NCBI RefSeq assembly: GCF_000017945.1
Contig: NC_009776.1
Coordinates: 1,265,539-1,297,538, forward strand
Direction of reading: 5' to 3'
Length of the DNA: 32,000 nucleotides
DNA from: Ignicoccus hospitalis KIN4/I
Lineage (GTDB): Archaea; Thermoproteota; Thermoprotei_A; Sulfolobales; Ignicoccaceae
Shown: positions 18,377 through 26,751 of the stretch, in pieces
How the letters are laid out: every line of letters begins with the position of its first letter
How positions within the stretch are numbered: position 1 is the first letter of the stretch
Position numbers and translations under genes: made by a program
The notes under the pieces: generated by a model
Seen by the model: the letters and a program-made list of their open reading frames with translations, nothing else
Told to the model about the DNA's origin: nothing
Database searches by the model: none

Positions 18377-18655
18377 TCATAGTCCCAAGCACTCTTTTGT
18401 CTCCTTTATTATTCTTTCCGCAAGCTCTTGGGTTACCAAGTCTTCGGGCGTAAGGTCGCCTCGTGGGAATATCAACTCGACGCACTCCTTGGGTGCCCTT
18501 TCAAAGGGAGCCTTTCCCCTCTTACATAAGTTCAAGGCGTGGCACGCCAACATGAACGCTTGCGCGTAGCGCCCCATAGTCATAAGTATTTCAGCAGTCC
18601 ACAAGAAGTCTTCGGCTGCCTTGATCCAAGGGTCCACTCGCTCTAACACCTCCAT
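18377..18655 (-). CDS. Small all-helical hypothetical protein, weakly HEPN-like
   Basis: WIKAAEDFLWTAEILMTMGRYAQAFMLACHALNL resembles the first HEPN helices. No Rx4-6H motif is present. Confidence 0.4.
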   Translation of the reverse strand: MEVLERVDPWIKAAEDFLWTAEILMTMGRYAQAFMLACHALNLCKRGKAPFERAPKECVELIFPRGDLTPEDLVTQELAERIIKETKECLGL

Positions 18656-20065
18656 TTGGTTGCTAACATTAGGTACCCCAAAAACTCTGATCGGAGGAGT
18701 GAGGGGTTGGGGTACCGAGGCTACGCCTTGGGCTCACAGCCGCGCTGGCTCGCCGACTTCATTAGCTCTCTCCACTTTGACAAAGATATCTGTCCCTACG
18801 TTATAGACGTGTTAATAGTGCACATCAACGAGTTGGAGAGGAAAGGTTACGTCTCATCCGAAGACGCAAAGACCTTAAAGGAGTTGCTGGAGCAGTTCGA
18901 CTGTTCGGCCGACTTCGACGGCTACGAAGATATACACGAAGCCATAGAGTACTATTTAATTGAAAGGACCGGCGCCGCCAAGCAGATAAACCTCGGTAAG
19001 AGCCGAAACGACCAAGTTGCGACCGCCATAAGGTTAAGGGTCAGGGAGGAGCTTCTGGAGTCCGCGACCGCGCTGTACCACCTCTTAAAGGCTCTATACG
19101 CGAAGGCCAAACTCCACGAAGAAGTCTTCTTTCCGACGTTCACTCACCTACAGCCCGCCCAGCCGGCCAACTTCGGGCTCTTCTTAACCAACTTCGCTGA
19201 GGAAATAGTAGACAGTTTCGGACTATTGGAAGTCGCGTTAGAAATTACTGACAAGTGCCCCTTAGGGGCCGCGGCCGCCGCGGGAAGCACCGTAGACCTA
19301 GACCGCCGGAGGAGGTGTGAAGAGCTGTGTTTCAAAGACTTAGCATATAACACGCTTTACGCCACCACTTCGAGGGACTTCGCGCTAGTCTCTTTGGGAG
19401 CTCTAGCTAGCCTTTCGATACCCTTGCTCCGGTTCGTCGAAGACGTGTTCGTTTATGCCACCCCACCTTTCAGCTTGATAAGGGTTCCCTTGGACCACGC
19501 CGGAACCTCTTCGATAATGCCCCACAAGAAGAACCCGGCGACGCTGGAAGTGGTTAGGGCAGAGCTGTCAAAGCTCCTAGGCCATTACGTGTCCGCGTTC
19601 AGCATACTAAAGGGACTTACGTCCGGCTACAACCTAGACTTACAACAACTCACGCCGCTCTTGTGGCAAGCCTTCAAGACCTTTAGGAAATCAGTAATAG
19701 TGATAACAGACTTCTTGTGGAAGATGGAAGTCAACGAGGAAAGGGCGAAGGAATTCTTGAGGTACCCGCTGCTCGCGGCCGACCTCGCCGAGTACCTAGT
19801 CAAGAACAAAGGATTGACCTTCAGAGACGCTTACGCAACTGTTGCTAGGGCCTTGAAGGAGCACAACGACGACCTAGCGAGGGCCGCGGAGGGGCTCGTG
19901 GGGGACGAGTGGAAGGTAGTTGAGAAGGGAGCTTTGACCTTTAGGAAGGCTCCCGGGGCGCCCGGCAACTTAGGTCCCGTGTTCGTCAAGATAGAACGTG
20001 CTATGTCGAGGATAGCGCGCCTCGTCGTGGTCAGAGAGGAGCTACGGCAGTGTCCTAACTCTTAA
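18656..20065 (+). CDS. argH: Argininosuccinate lyase
   Basis: It has the fumarate-lyase signatures GKSRNDQVATAIRL and GTSSIMPHKKNPATLE. The start is uncertain: TTG 18656 abuts the divergent ATG, and TTG 18707 follows GGAGGAGTGAGG. Confidence 0.88.
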   Translation: MVANIRYPKNSDRRSEGLGYRGYALGSQPRWLADFISSLHFDKDICPYVIDVLIVHINELERKGYVSSEDAKTLKELLEQFDCSADFDGYEDIHEAIEYYLIERTGAAKQINLGKSRNDQVATAIRLRVREELLESATALYHLLKALYAKAKLHEEVFFPTFTHLQPAQPANFGLFLTNFAEEIVDSFGLLEVALEITDKCPLGAAAAAGSTVDLDRRRRCEELCFKDLAYNTLYATTSRDFALVSLGALASLSIPLLRFVEDVFVYATPPFSLIRVPLDHAGTSSIMPHKKNPATLEVVRAELSKLLGHYVSAFSILKGLTSGYNLDLQQLTPLLWQAFKTFRKSVIVITDFLWKMEVNEERAKEFLRYPLLAADLAEYLVKNKGLTFRDAYATVARALKEHNDDLARAAEGLVGDEWKVVEKGALTFRKAPGAPGNLGPVFVKIERAMSRIARLVVVREELRQCPNS

Positions 20066-20074
20066 CTTCGCCTT

Positions 20075-22264
20075 TTGGCTCTGCTCCCGGTAAGAGTCTT
20101 GGCGAAGGAACTCCGACTGAGGGTCGCTGAGGCAAAACAGAGGGACGTCGGGAGAAAGATCGCTAGGATCAGTAGGAAGAATATGAGGGAGTTGGACGTA
20201 GTCACTGGAGACTTCGTCGAAGTAGAGGGTCCTAAGGGCAGCATAGTACTCCAAGTCTGGCCCGCCTACCCCCAAGACGAAGATAAGGACATAATCAGGA
20301 TGGACGGCTACGCGAGGAACCAGATAGGCGTCAGCGTGGGAGATTACGTGACCGTAAGGAAGACTAAGGTAGAAGAAGCTACCAGAGTGGTGTTGGCCCC
20401 CACCGAGCCCTTGGAGTTCGGCCCCGACTTCGTCGACTACGTAAAGAGGATATTAATGGGCAAGCCCCTAATGAGGGGAGAGAAGGTACAGATACCGTTC
20501 TTCGGGAGCACCATAGAACTGATAGTCACCGCCACCCAGCCCAGCCCGAGAGTTTACGTAACTGACAAAACCGAGATCGAGATAAGCAAGAAGCCGGTCA
20601 AGGAGGAAGCCGTCAGGGGCGTGCCTAAGGTAACTTGGGAGGACATAGGCGACCTCGAGGAGGCTAAGGAAAGGCTGAGGGAGATAGTCGAGCTGCCCAT
20701 GAAACACCCGGAGATCTTCAGGCATTTGGGCATCGAGCCCCCGAAGGGAGTGCTCCTCTACGGTCCCCCCGGCACCGGTAAGACCATGTTGGCCAAGGCC
20801 CTAGCCAACGAGATAGGCGCATACTTCATAGCGATAAATGGACCAGAAATAATGAGCAAGTACTACGGCGAGAGCGAGCAGAGGCTTAGGGAGATCTTCG
20901 AGGAGGCGCGCAAGAACGCTCCGAGCATAATATTCATAGACGAGATAGACGCAATTGCCCCCAAGAGGGAGGAGGTAACCGGAGAGGTCGAGAAGAGGGT
21001 CGTCGCTCAGTTGTTGACCTTGATGGACGGCCTCCAAGAGAGGGGCAGGGTTGTGGTAATAGGTGCGACCAACAGGCCGGACGCCATAGACCCCGCCCTC
21101 AGGAGGCCCGGGAGGTTTGATAGAGAAATAGAGATCCCGCCGCCGGACAAGAGGGCTAGGAAGGCCATCTTAGAAGTTCACACGAGGAACGTCCCCCTGG
21201 CCGAGGACGTAGATCTAGACCGGATAGCGGAGATGACCCACGGTTACACCGGAGCGGACTTGGCGGCGTTAGTAAAAGAGGCCGCAATGAACGCGCTGAG
21301 GAGGTTCTTCAAAGAGAAAGGAATAGACTTGACCAAGGTTGAGAAGGTGCCGGCGAGCGAACTGGAGAAGCTGAAGGTGACCTTCCGCGACTTCCTCGCC
21401 GCCATGAAGGTTGTGCAACCGACGCTCATGAGAGAGGTTTACATAGAGGTGCCAGAGGTACACTGGGAAGACATAGGCGGCCTCGAGGACGTGAAGCAAC
21501 AGCTGAAGGAGGCCGTCGTCTGGCCGCTGAAGCACCCCGAGTTCTTCACCGAGATGGGCATAGAGCCGCCGAAGGGGATACTCCTCTTCGGTCCTCCCGG
21601 CACCGGTAAGACCTTGCTCGCCAAGGCGGCTGCCACGGAGAGCCAAGCGAACTTCATAGCGGTCAGGGGACCGGAGATCTTGAGCAAGTGGGTAGGCGAG
21701 AGCGAGAAGGCGATAAGGGAGATCTTCCGCAAGGCCAGGCAAGCGGCCCCGACCATAGTGTTCTTCGACGAGATAGACAGCATCGCGGCCAGGAGGGGCA
21801 AAGACGTAAGCGGCGTGATAGACAGAATAGTCAACCAGCTGCTAACCGAGATGGACGGCATAGAGCCGCTCCAGAGGGTTACGGTAATAGCCGCGACCAA
21901 CAGGCCAGACCTCTTGGACCCTGCGCTGCTGAGGCCCGGGAGGTTCGACAGGCTGATCTACGTCCCGCCGCCAGATAAGAAGGCGAGGTTGGAGATATTC
22001 AAGGTCCACACCAGAAGGATGCCGCTGGCGGACGACGTGGACTTGGAGAAGTTGGCGGACATGACCCAAGGCTACACTGGCGCCGACATAGCGGCGCTCT
22101 GCAGGGAAGCGGCGTTGATCGCCTTAAGGGAGAACATGAAGCCGGTCCCAGTAACCATGAAGCACTTCGAGAGGGCGATGAAGGCGGTAAGGCCAAGCTT
22201 GAAGAGAGAAGACATACTGAGGTACGAGAGGTTGGCAGAAGAGGTGAAGAGGAGCGCTATCTAA
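20075..22264 (+). CDS. CDC48/VCP-type AAA+ ATPase (two AAA domains)
   Basis: N-domain [18 protein letters not shown], plus Walker [18 protein letters not shown] and [17 protein letters not shown]. An alternative TTG start is at 20099. Confidence 0.95.
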   Translation: MALLPVRVLAKELRLRVAEAKQRDVGRKIARISRKNMRELDVVTGDFVEVEGPKGSIVLQVWPAYPQDEDKDIIRMDGYARNQIGVSVGDYVTVRKTKVEEATRVVLAPTEPLEFGPDFVDYVKRILMGKPLMRGEKVQIPFFGSTIELIVTATQPSPRVYVTDKTEIEISKKPVKEEAVRGVPKVTWEDIGDLEEAKERLREIVELPMKHPEIFRHLGIEPPKGVLLYGPPGTGKTMLAKALANEIGAYFIAINGPEIMSKYYGESEQRLREIFEEARKNAPSIIFIDEIDAIAPKREEVTGEVEKRVVAQLLTLMDGLQERGRVVVIGATNRPDAIDPALRRPGRFDREIEIPPPDKRARKAILEVHTRNVPLAEDVDLDRIAEMTHGYTGADLAALVKEAAMNALRRFFKEKGIDLTKVEKVPASELEKLKVTFRDFLAAMKVVQPTLMREVYIEVPEVHWEDIGGLEDVKQQLKEAVVWPLKHPEFFTEMGIEPPKGILLFGPPGTGKTLLAKAAATESQANFIAVRGPEILSKWVGESEKAIREIFRKARQAAPTIVFFDEIDSIAARRGKDVSGVIDRIVNQLLTEMDGIEPLQRVTVIAATNRPDLLDPALLRPGRFDRLIYVPPPDKKARLEIFKVHTRRMPLADDVDLEKLADMTQGYTGADIAALCREAALIALRENMKPVPVTMKHFERAMKAVRPSLKREDILRYERLAEEVKRSAI

Positions 22265-22647
22265 GCTCCTCTTTTACAAGGCGGATTGTTGGGATCATCT
22301 ACCTTTATTTTCAGCTTCAAGCACATTTTGGTCAACTCCGAGTAGAATATGCACTCGTGGCACGTCCGGGCCTCCTCAGGTTTCTTAAAACCTCCGGCGG
22401 GCGGTGGCGCCTCTTCCCTAACTGGCTCTCGACGCGGGGGCGCTTCTTCTGCTTCCTTCCTCGTCTCAGCGACCTCGGCCTTCTCCTCCTTCGCTCCCGC
22501 GTACTGCCGATATATCGGACACTTCTGATAGTGGTCGGAAGTACAAGGGTACTTGAGCGGCGACACCTTCTTGTTTATTAGCTTACAGAAGACGGCGAAA
22601 CCCTTCTTTTCGCCATAAGGACACTTGACCGTCAACTTCGGGCCCAT
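22261..22647 (-). CDS. Cysteine-rich protein (CPY...CPIY four-Cys domain, acidic/Pro linker, second Cys cluster)
   Basis: [39 protein letters not shown], then [30 protein letters not shown]. It is a paralogue of 28506-28919. Confidence 0.6.
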   Translation of the reverse strand: MGPKLTVKCPYGEKKGFAVFCKLINKKVSPLKYPCTSDHYQKCPIYRQYAGAKEEKAEVAETRKEAEEAPPRREPVREEAPPPAGGFKKPEEARTCHECIFYSELTKMCLKLKIKVDDPNNPPCKRGA

Positions 22648-22666
22648 TAGGTATCCTTTAGCACAA

Positions 22667-22675
22667 ATTATAAAG
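22667..22675. promoter_or_regulatory. TATA element (ATTATAAAG) in the divergent spacer between the Cys-rich gene and taw1
   Basis: About 24 nt upstream of the ATG at 22647, which would make the Cys-rich gene leaderless. Confidence 0.4.
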
Positions 22676-22765
22676 AGAACAGTAAGTACCGTTGAGCCTA
22701 TTAACTAAAAAGTCCAGGGACGCGTGGGCTTACAACGGCGCGGAAGATTGTTAAGAGCTGACGTA

Positions 22766-23785
22766 GTGTCGACGATATTAGAACGGTTGAGGAAGGCCGG
22801 TTATCACATAGTCGGCTCGCACAGCGCAGTAAAGAAGTGCCACTGGACTCACGTAGCCTTGACCGAGAGGAGGTTCTGTTATAAGTGTAAGTTCTACGGC
22901 ATCGCTTCCCATCGCTGTCTACAAATGACCCCGGCCGTCATATGGTGCTGGCTCCGCTGCTTGCACTGCTGGAGGGCCGAGCCCGGAGACTTGGGCCTCC
23001 AGTGGGACGACACCAAGCTCCCCACAGTGGACGACCCGGCCTTCATAGCTGAGAAGAGCATCGAGGAGCAGAGGAAGATAATCAGCGGCTACAAGGGCCA
23101 TCCCAAGGTAGATCCGAAGATGTTCGAAGAAGCGATGAACCCGAAACACGTAGCCATAAGCTTATCTGGAGAACCTACGCTATACCCGAGGCTCTCAGAA
23201 CTCATCGAAGAGTATTACAAGAGGGGCATGACCACGTTCTTAGTAACCCACGGCGTGAGGCCCGACGCCTTGGCTGAGCTGGACCCGGAGCCCACGCAGC
23301 TATACCTAAGCTTGGAAGCTTGGGACGAGAAGAGCTTCAAGGAGTTCAACCGTCCGGTACTGCCGGGTCTGTGGAGCGCGGTGCTTCAGAGCTTAGACAT
23401 CTTGCCGAGCTTCTCCTCCCCAACAGTAATTAGAATAACCTTGGTAAAGGGCTTTAATGACCACGAGAGGGCGTTAGAGGGCTTGGCCAAGCTGGTGGAG
23501 AGGGGCTACCCGACGTACGTGGAAGTTAAGGCCTACATGAACGTGGGCTACTCTAGGTACAGGCTCACGAAGGAGAACATGCCCACCCACGCGGAGGTTA
23601 GGAGCTTCGCGGAGAGGTTGGCAGAGAAAATAGGATACGACGTCGTCGACGAACAGAGGTCCAGCAGGGTTGTCCTCTTGTCTAGAATCGGGAAGCCGAT
23701 AAGGGTCGGCGAGGGCTGTCCCGGCGGGAAAGCCGGGGAGCTGCCGGAGGGTACAGAGTACGAGCTCAGCGAGCGCGTGAAATGA
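22766..23785 (+). CDS. taw1: tRNA 4-demethylwyosine synthase (Taw1/TYW1, radical SAM)
   Basis: GSHSAVKKCHWT...RFCYKCKFYGIASHRCLQMTPAVIWCWLRCLHCWR. I prefer the GTG at 22766 (VSTILERLRKAGYHIVG) by analogy with known Taw1 N-termini. The ORF track starts at 22724. Confidence 0.85.
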   Translation: MSTILERLRKAGYHIVGSHSAVKKCHWTHVALTERRFCYKCKFYGIASHRCLQMTPAVIWCWLRCLHCWRAEPGDLGLQWDDTKLPTVDDPAFIAEKSIEEQRKIISGYKGHPKVDPKMFEEAMNPKHVAISLSGEPTLYPRLSELIEEYYKRGMTTFLVTHGVRPDALAELDPEPTQLYLSLEAWDEKSFKEFNRPVLPGLWSAVLQSLDILPSFSSPTVIRITLVKGFNDHERALEGLAKLVERGYPTYVEVKAYMNVGYSRYRLTKENMPTHAEVRSFAERLAEKIGYDVVDEQRSSRVVLLSRIGKPIRVGEGCPGGKAGELPEGTEYELSERVK

Positions 23786-23792
23786 TTTATTA
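23785..23792 (+). promoter_or_regulatory. TATA box (ATTTATTA) for tRNA-Arg
   Basis: Centred about 26 nt upstream of tRNA position 1 (23815). Confidence 0.45.
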
Positions 23793-23814
23793 GCTTCATA
23801 GAGTGCTCACCGAG

Positions 23815-23893
23815 GGCCCCGTGGCCTAGCCTGGACTAGGGCGCCGGCCTGCGGAGCCGGAGGTCCCGGGTTCAAATCCCGGCGGGGCCGCCA
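23815..23893 (+). tRNA. tRNA-Arg (anticodon GCG), CCA encoded
   Basis: GGCCCCG-TG-GCCT-AGCCTGGACTA-GGGC-G-CCGGC-CTGCGGA-GCCGG-AGGTC-CCGGG-TTCAAAT-CCCGG-CGGGGCC-G-CCA. Confidence 0.9.
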
Positions 23894-24181
23894 CGACCAG
23901 ACAATTACGAGTTGTCCGCCACACGAGGGCCCCACACACCCGCCCGCGAAGCGTGTACCGTGTTTCACATGATACATTTAAGTTGGTTGTTAGAAAGGGG
24001 TATCAAAGCCTTCTTGTAAACGAAACTTTTGTGTGCGGTAACATTATCTTTAAGGCTTTACTCGAGGAGCACAACCGTTTACAAGTCTCGAATCTGCGCT
24101 ATAACCGACAGCAACGAGTTTACAAAGGGGGACTTAGAAATACAAAAATATTGATAGAGAGGTAGATGATTGAGACGTAAC

Positions 24182-25156
24182 TCATCCTAATGAGGGAAGA
24201 GTCTCGTTGCCTACTCCCCCTTCCTTAACGTTCCGTTTTTCGTGTACAGGTTCATGCGCGGGAGCGCCGGGGCTCGAAGCTAAGGTGTAGAACTCCACTT
24301 TCCCCTTTTCTGCTATTGCTATCACTCCCCTAGACCAAGAGAGCGCCGTCGGCTTCCCTTTGAGGTCCTTCTGGACCAACGCCTCGCCGTTGAGGTCATA
24401 TACCGTTAACTCGCCCTCTTGCGCAACTGCCACCTTAGAGCAGAAATCGTCGAAGGCGACGAAGGTCGGCCCGCGGGTCTCCTTTTCTATTATTTTTCCC
24501 CGTTCTATCGAGCCCACGACGAAGCCTCCTTCCTTAGAGATCGCTAGGAGCTTTCCACATGTATCAATCGACAGGACGACCTCGCCGTAGTCCCCGCTGT
24601 CCACGACGTCCCCTTTAAGCGTCAGAGAGTACAACTTGCCTTTCATGTCCCCAAAGATCACTTCGGCTCGTTCTTGGAGGGGGCTGAAAACGATTTTCAG
24701 CGCCAACGGCATCACTCCGTTCAGTCCTTTGTAACCCCAAATCAGTTCGGCTTTTTCGTTTACAATGTCTAAATGAAACATTCCTATGTTAAAGTCTGCA
24801 AGCGCTGCGAAAGGCCCAATCACGTCTATTGCACCTGTAAAGTCCTCGTCCACTTGCACAGAAGCCAGAGGCCGTAAGTTCATAGAAAGAGCGTGCACGA
24901 AGCCCTTAGTTGTAACGTAGATTATGGAACCGCTTACGTCCATTCCGTATATTTCCTCTCCTAAATCGTACTCGCCCAAGAGGGCGCCTCTTAGGTCGCT
25001 AGTGTATACCTTCCCTTGGTAAGTTGCTATGACAGAGTAACCCTTGCCTATGAATACTTTTATCGGGGTACCGTCCACCTCAACCGTCCCGAGTGAGGTC
25101 AGGTTGAGCGAGAAGGTCAACAGGCTCAAAGTCAGTAAAACCAGTAAGTGTTTCAC
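24182..25156 (-). CDS. Secreted hypothetical protein, probable beta-propeller (PQQ/WD-like repeats)
   Basis: MKHLLVLLTLSLLTFSLNL signal peptide. It has repeated G-x-hydrophobic-Y...D-hydrophobic blades. GTG start with GGAGG 11 nt upstream. Confidence 0.6.
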   Translation of the reverse strand: MKHLLVLLTLSLLTFSLNLTSLGTVEVDGTPIKVFIGKGYSVIATYQGKVYTSDLRGALLGEYDLGEEIYGMDVSGSIIYVTTKGFVHALSMNLRPLASVQVDEDFTGAIDVIGPFAALADFNIGMFHLDIVNEKAELIWGYKGLNGVMPLALKIVFSPLQERAEVIFGDMKGKLYSLTLKGDVVDSGDYGEVVLSIDTCGKLLAISKEGGFVVGSIERGKIIEKETRGPTFVAFDDFCSKVAVAQEGELTVYDLNGEALVQKDLKGKPTALSWSRGVIAIAEKGKVEFYTLASSPGAPAHEPVHEKRNVKEGGVGNETLPSLG

Positions 25157-25248
25157 TACTTGTGGCCTCCGTCAGTTCAAGCTACGAACTTAGTCCTAAA
25201 AAGGGCAAGCCTAACCGGTTAGTTTCCTAACTGCTATAGAAGGGCCTT

Positions 25249-25327
25249 TGGTGCGGCGGCCGGGATTTGAACCCGGGATCACCGGCTTGGAAGGCCGGCA
25301 TCCTAGTCCAGGCTAGACGACCGCCGC
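25249..25327 (-). tRNA. tRNA-Gly (anticodon TCC), CCA encoded
   Basis: Reverse complement is GCGGCGG-TC-GTCT-AGCCTGGACTA-GGAT-G-CCGGC-CTTCCAA-GCCGG-TGATC-CCGGG-TTCAAAT-CCCGG-CCGCCGC-A-CCA. Confidence 0.9.
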
Positions 25328-25350
25328 CCGGGGGGCGCTTAACGGAACCT

Positions 25351-25359
25351 CTTATAAAC
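25351..25359 (-). promoter_or_regulatory. TATA box (GTTTATAAG on minus strand) for tRNA-Gly
   Basis: Centred about 28 nt upstream of tRNA position 1 (25327). Confidence 0.45.
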
Positions 25360-26721
25360 TTATGGCACCAAGCGCTTCATATCCCTCGGGAAGGTGCTGG
25401 CGAGCCTCACGTTGGGTATCCCAGCTACCGGGACCATTAGCCTTTGGAGTCCCATTCCCCAACCGGCGTGCGGGGGCATCCCGTAGTCGTACCACTTTAA
25501 GTACCATTCGAAGTTAGCCGGGTTCAAGCCTCTCTTCTTTAACTCCTCCTCTAGCTCGTTCCTTCTGTGAATTCTCGTACTCCCGCTGGAGATCTCTAGG
25601 TGACGCCAGTTCAAGTCGAAGCTCTCGCTCAAGTCTACCTCCTTCCCGCCTATGACCTCCTTGCCTCCCCTCTTTGTGTAGAAAGGCCTCACGTCGGCGG
25701 GCCAGTCGGTTATGAAATAGAAGCCCCCAGAGGTCTTGCCCTCCCTTTCCAACGCCTCGCTCAACTTCCTCAGCTCGGGCGTGCCGAAGTCCTCTCCCGG
25801 CTCCACTTCCACGCCCTCAGCCTTCAATATTTCCCAAGCCTCCTTGTAGGTTATTCGAGGTATTGGGAGGTTCACCTCAGGGGGCTCGTGGCCCAATACC
25901 TCCAACCACTTCCTACCCTCATTCTTAACGCTGTCAATTACCCTCTTCACGACGTTTTCTAAGACTTTCATCACGTCGTTGTAGTCCGCGAACGCCATTT
26001 CTACGTCAACAGAAATGAACTCCGCTAGGTGGTAGGGGGTGTCGCTCTCCTCGTGACGCCACGCGGGAGCTATTTCGAAAACGTACTCCAGCGAGGAGGT
26101 CAGCAGCTCTTTGTAGAGCTGGGGGCTTTGGGCTAAGTAAGCCGTCTTGCCAAAGTAGAAGACCGGGACCAGTTGGGCCCCGCCTTCGGTTCCGGAGGCT
26201 ATTATCTTAGGGGTGAACACCTCGACGAAGTTTAAACTGTACAAGTATTCTCTTATAGCCTTGGCGCTCAGTGAGACCAGCCTCAACACCGCTTGGCTCT
26301 CGGGCCTCCTGAGGTCGATCGGCCTGTTGGCCAGCCTGGTGTCGATGTGTGCGTCGACCTTGCCCGATACGTCTAAGGGCAAGGGACTCTTGGCTTCGTT
26401 TAGAACTTCTATTTCCTCCCCGCTGAGTTCCACGCCTCTTGGGGCCCTGGGGTCCCTCCTAACTACGCCGACCACCATAACTACGCTCTCCGGCGGGATC
26501 TTGCTCACTTTTTTGATTAGTTCCTTATACCTCTTCTTCTCCTCCTCGCTGACGTCCTTCGGGACCCTGAAAGTAACTTGTATCGTGCCGCTGAAGTCTC
26601 GCAGAATTAGGAAAGCTAGCTTGCCGATGCTTCTGACCGCGTGAACCCAGCCGGCCACCCTTACGCGCCGGCCTTCCATCTCAGGGGTTATCTCGGCCAC
26701 GAGCAAGTCCCTGTACTTCAT
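25360..26721 (-). CDS. aspS: Aspartyl-tRNA synthetase, archaeal class IIb (discriminating status not determinable)
   Basis: OB-fold N-terminus VRVAGWVHAVRSIGKLAFLILRDFSGTIQV, then QSPQLYKELL, motif 2 region WRHEESDTPYHLAEFISVDVEMAF, and EISSGSTRIH...GMPPHAGWGMGLQRL. Confidence 0.85.
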   Translation of the reverse strand: MKYRDLLVAEITPEMEGRRVRVAGWVHAVRSIGKLAFLILRDFSGTIQVTFRVPKDVSEEEKKRYKELIKKVSKIPPESVVMVVGVVRRDPRAPRGVELSGEEIEVLNEAKSPLPLDVSGKVDAHIDTRLANRPIDLRRPESQAVLRLVSLSAKAIREYLYSLNFVEVFTPKIIASGTEGGAQLVPVFYFGKTAYLAQSPQLYKELLTSSLEYVFEIAPAWRHEESDTPYHLAEFISVDVEMAFADYNDVMKVLENVVKRVIDSVKNEGRKWLEVLGHEPPEVNLPIPRITYKEAWEILKAEGVEVEPGEDFGTPELRKLSEALEREGKTSGGFYFITDWPADVRPFYTKRGGKEVIGGKEVDLSESFDLNWRHLEISSGSTRIHRRNELEEELKKRGLNPANFEWYLKWYDYGMPPHAGWGMGLQRLMVPVAGIPNVRLASTFPRDMKRLVP

Positions 26722-26751
26722 CTGAGCACCGCGAGGAGTGCGCCTAGCTTT

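Noticed and set aside
21269-21900. Two minus-strand ORFs of about 155 aa antisense to CDC48. Similar antisense ORFs lie at 11828-12340, 17772-18242, 7420-7810 and 26213-26644.
   Set aside because: They are shadow frames of well-supported genes, with no start context and repetitive or biased composition.
23953-24165. 70-aa GTG-start ORF inside the AT-rich spacer.
   Set aside because: It has no TATA or SD context and no motif, and its composition reflects AT-rich DNA. I report the region as a non-coding oddity instead.
23894-24181. Possible replication origin (AT-rich with repeats).
   Set aside because: No orc1/cdc6 gene is adjacent (CDC48 is not Cdc6). The repeats are short 9-10-mers, not long ORB-like boxes flanking a duplex-unwinding element.
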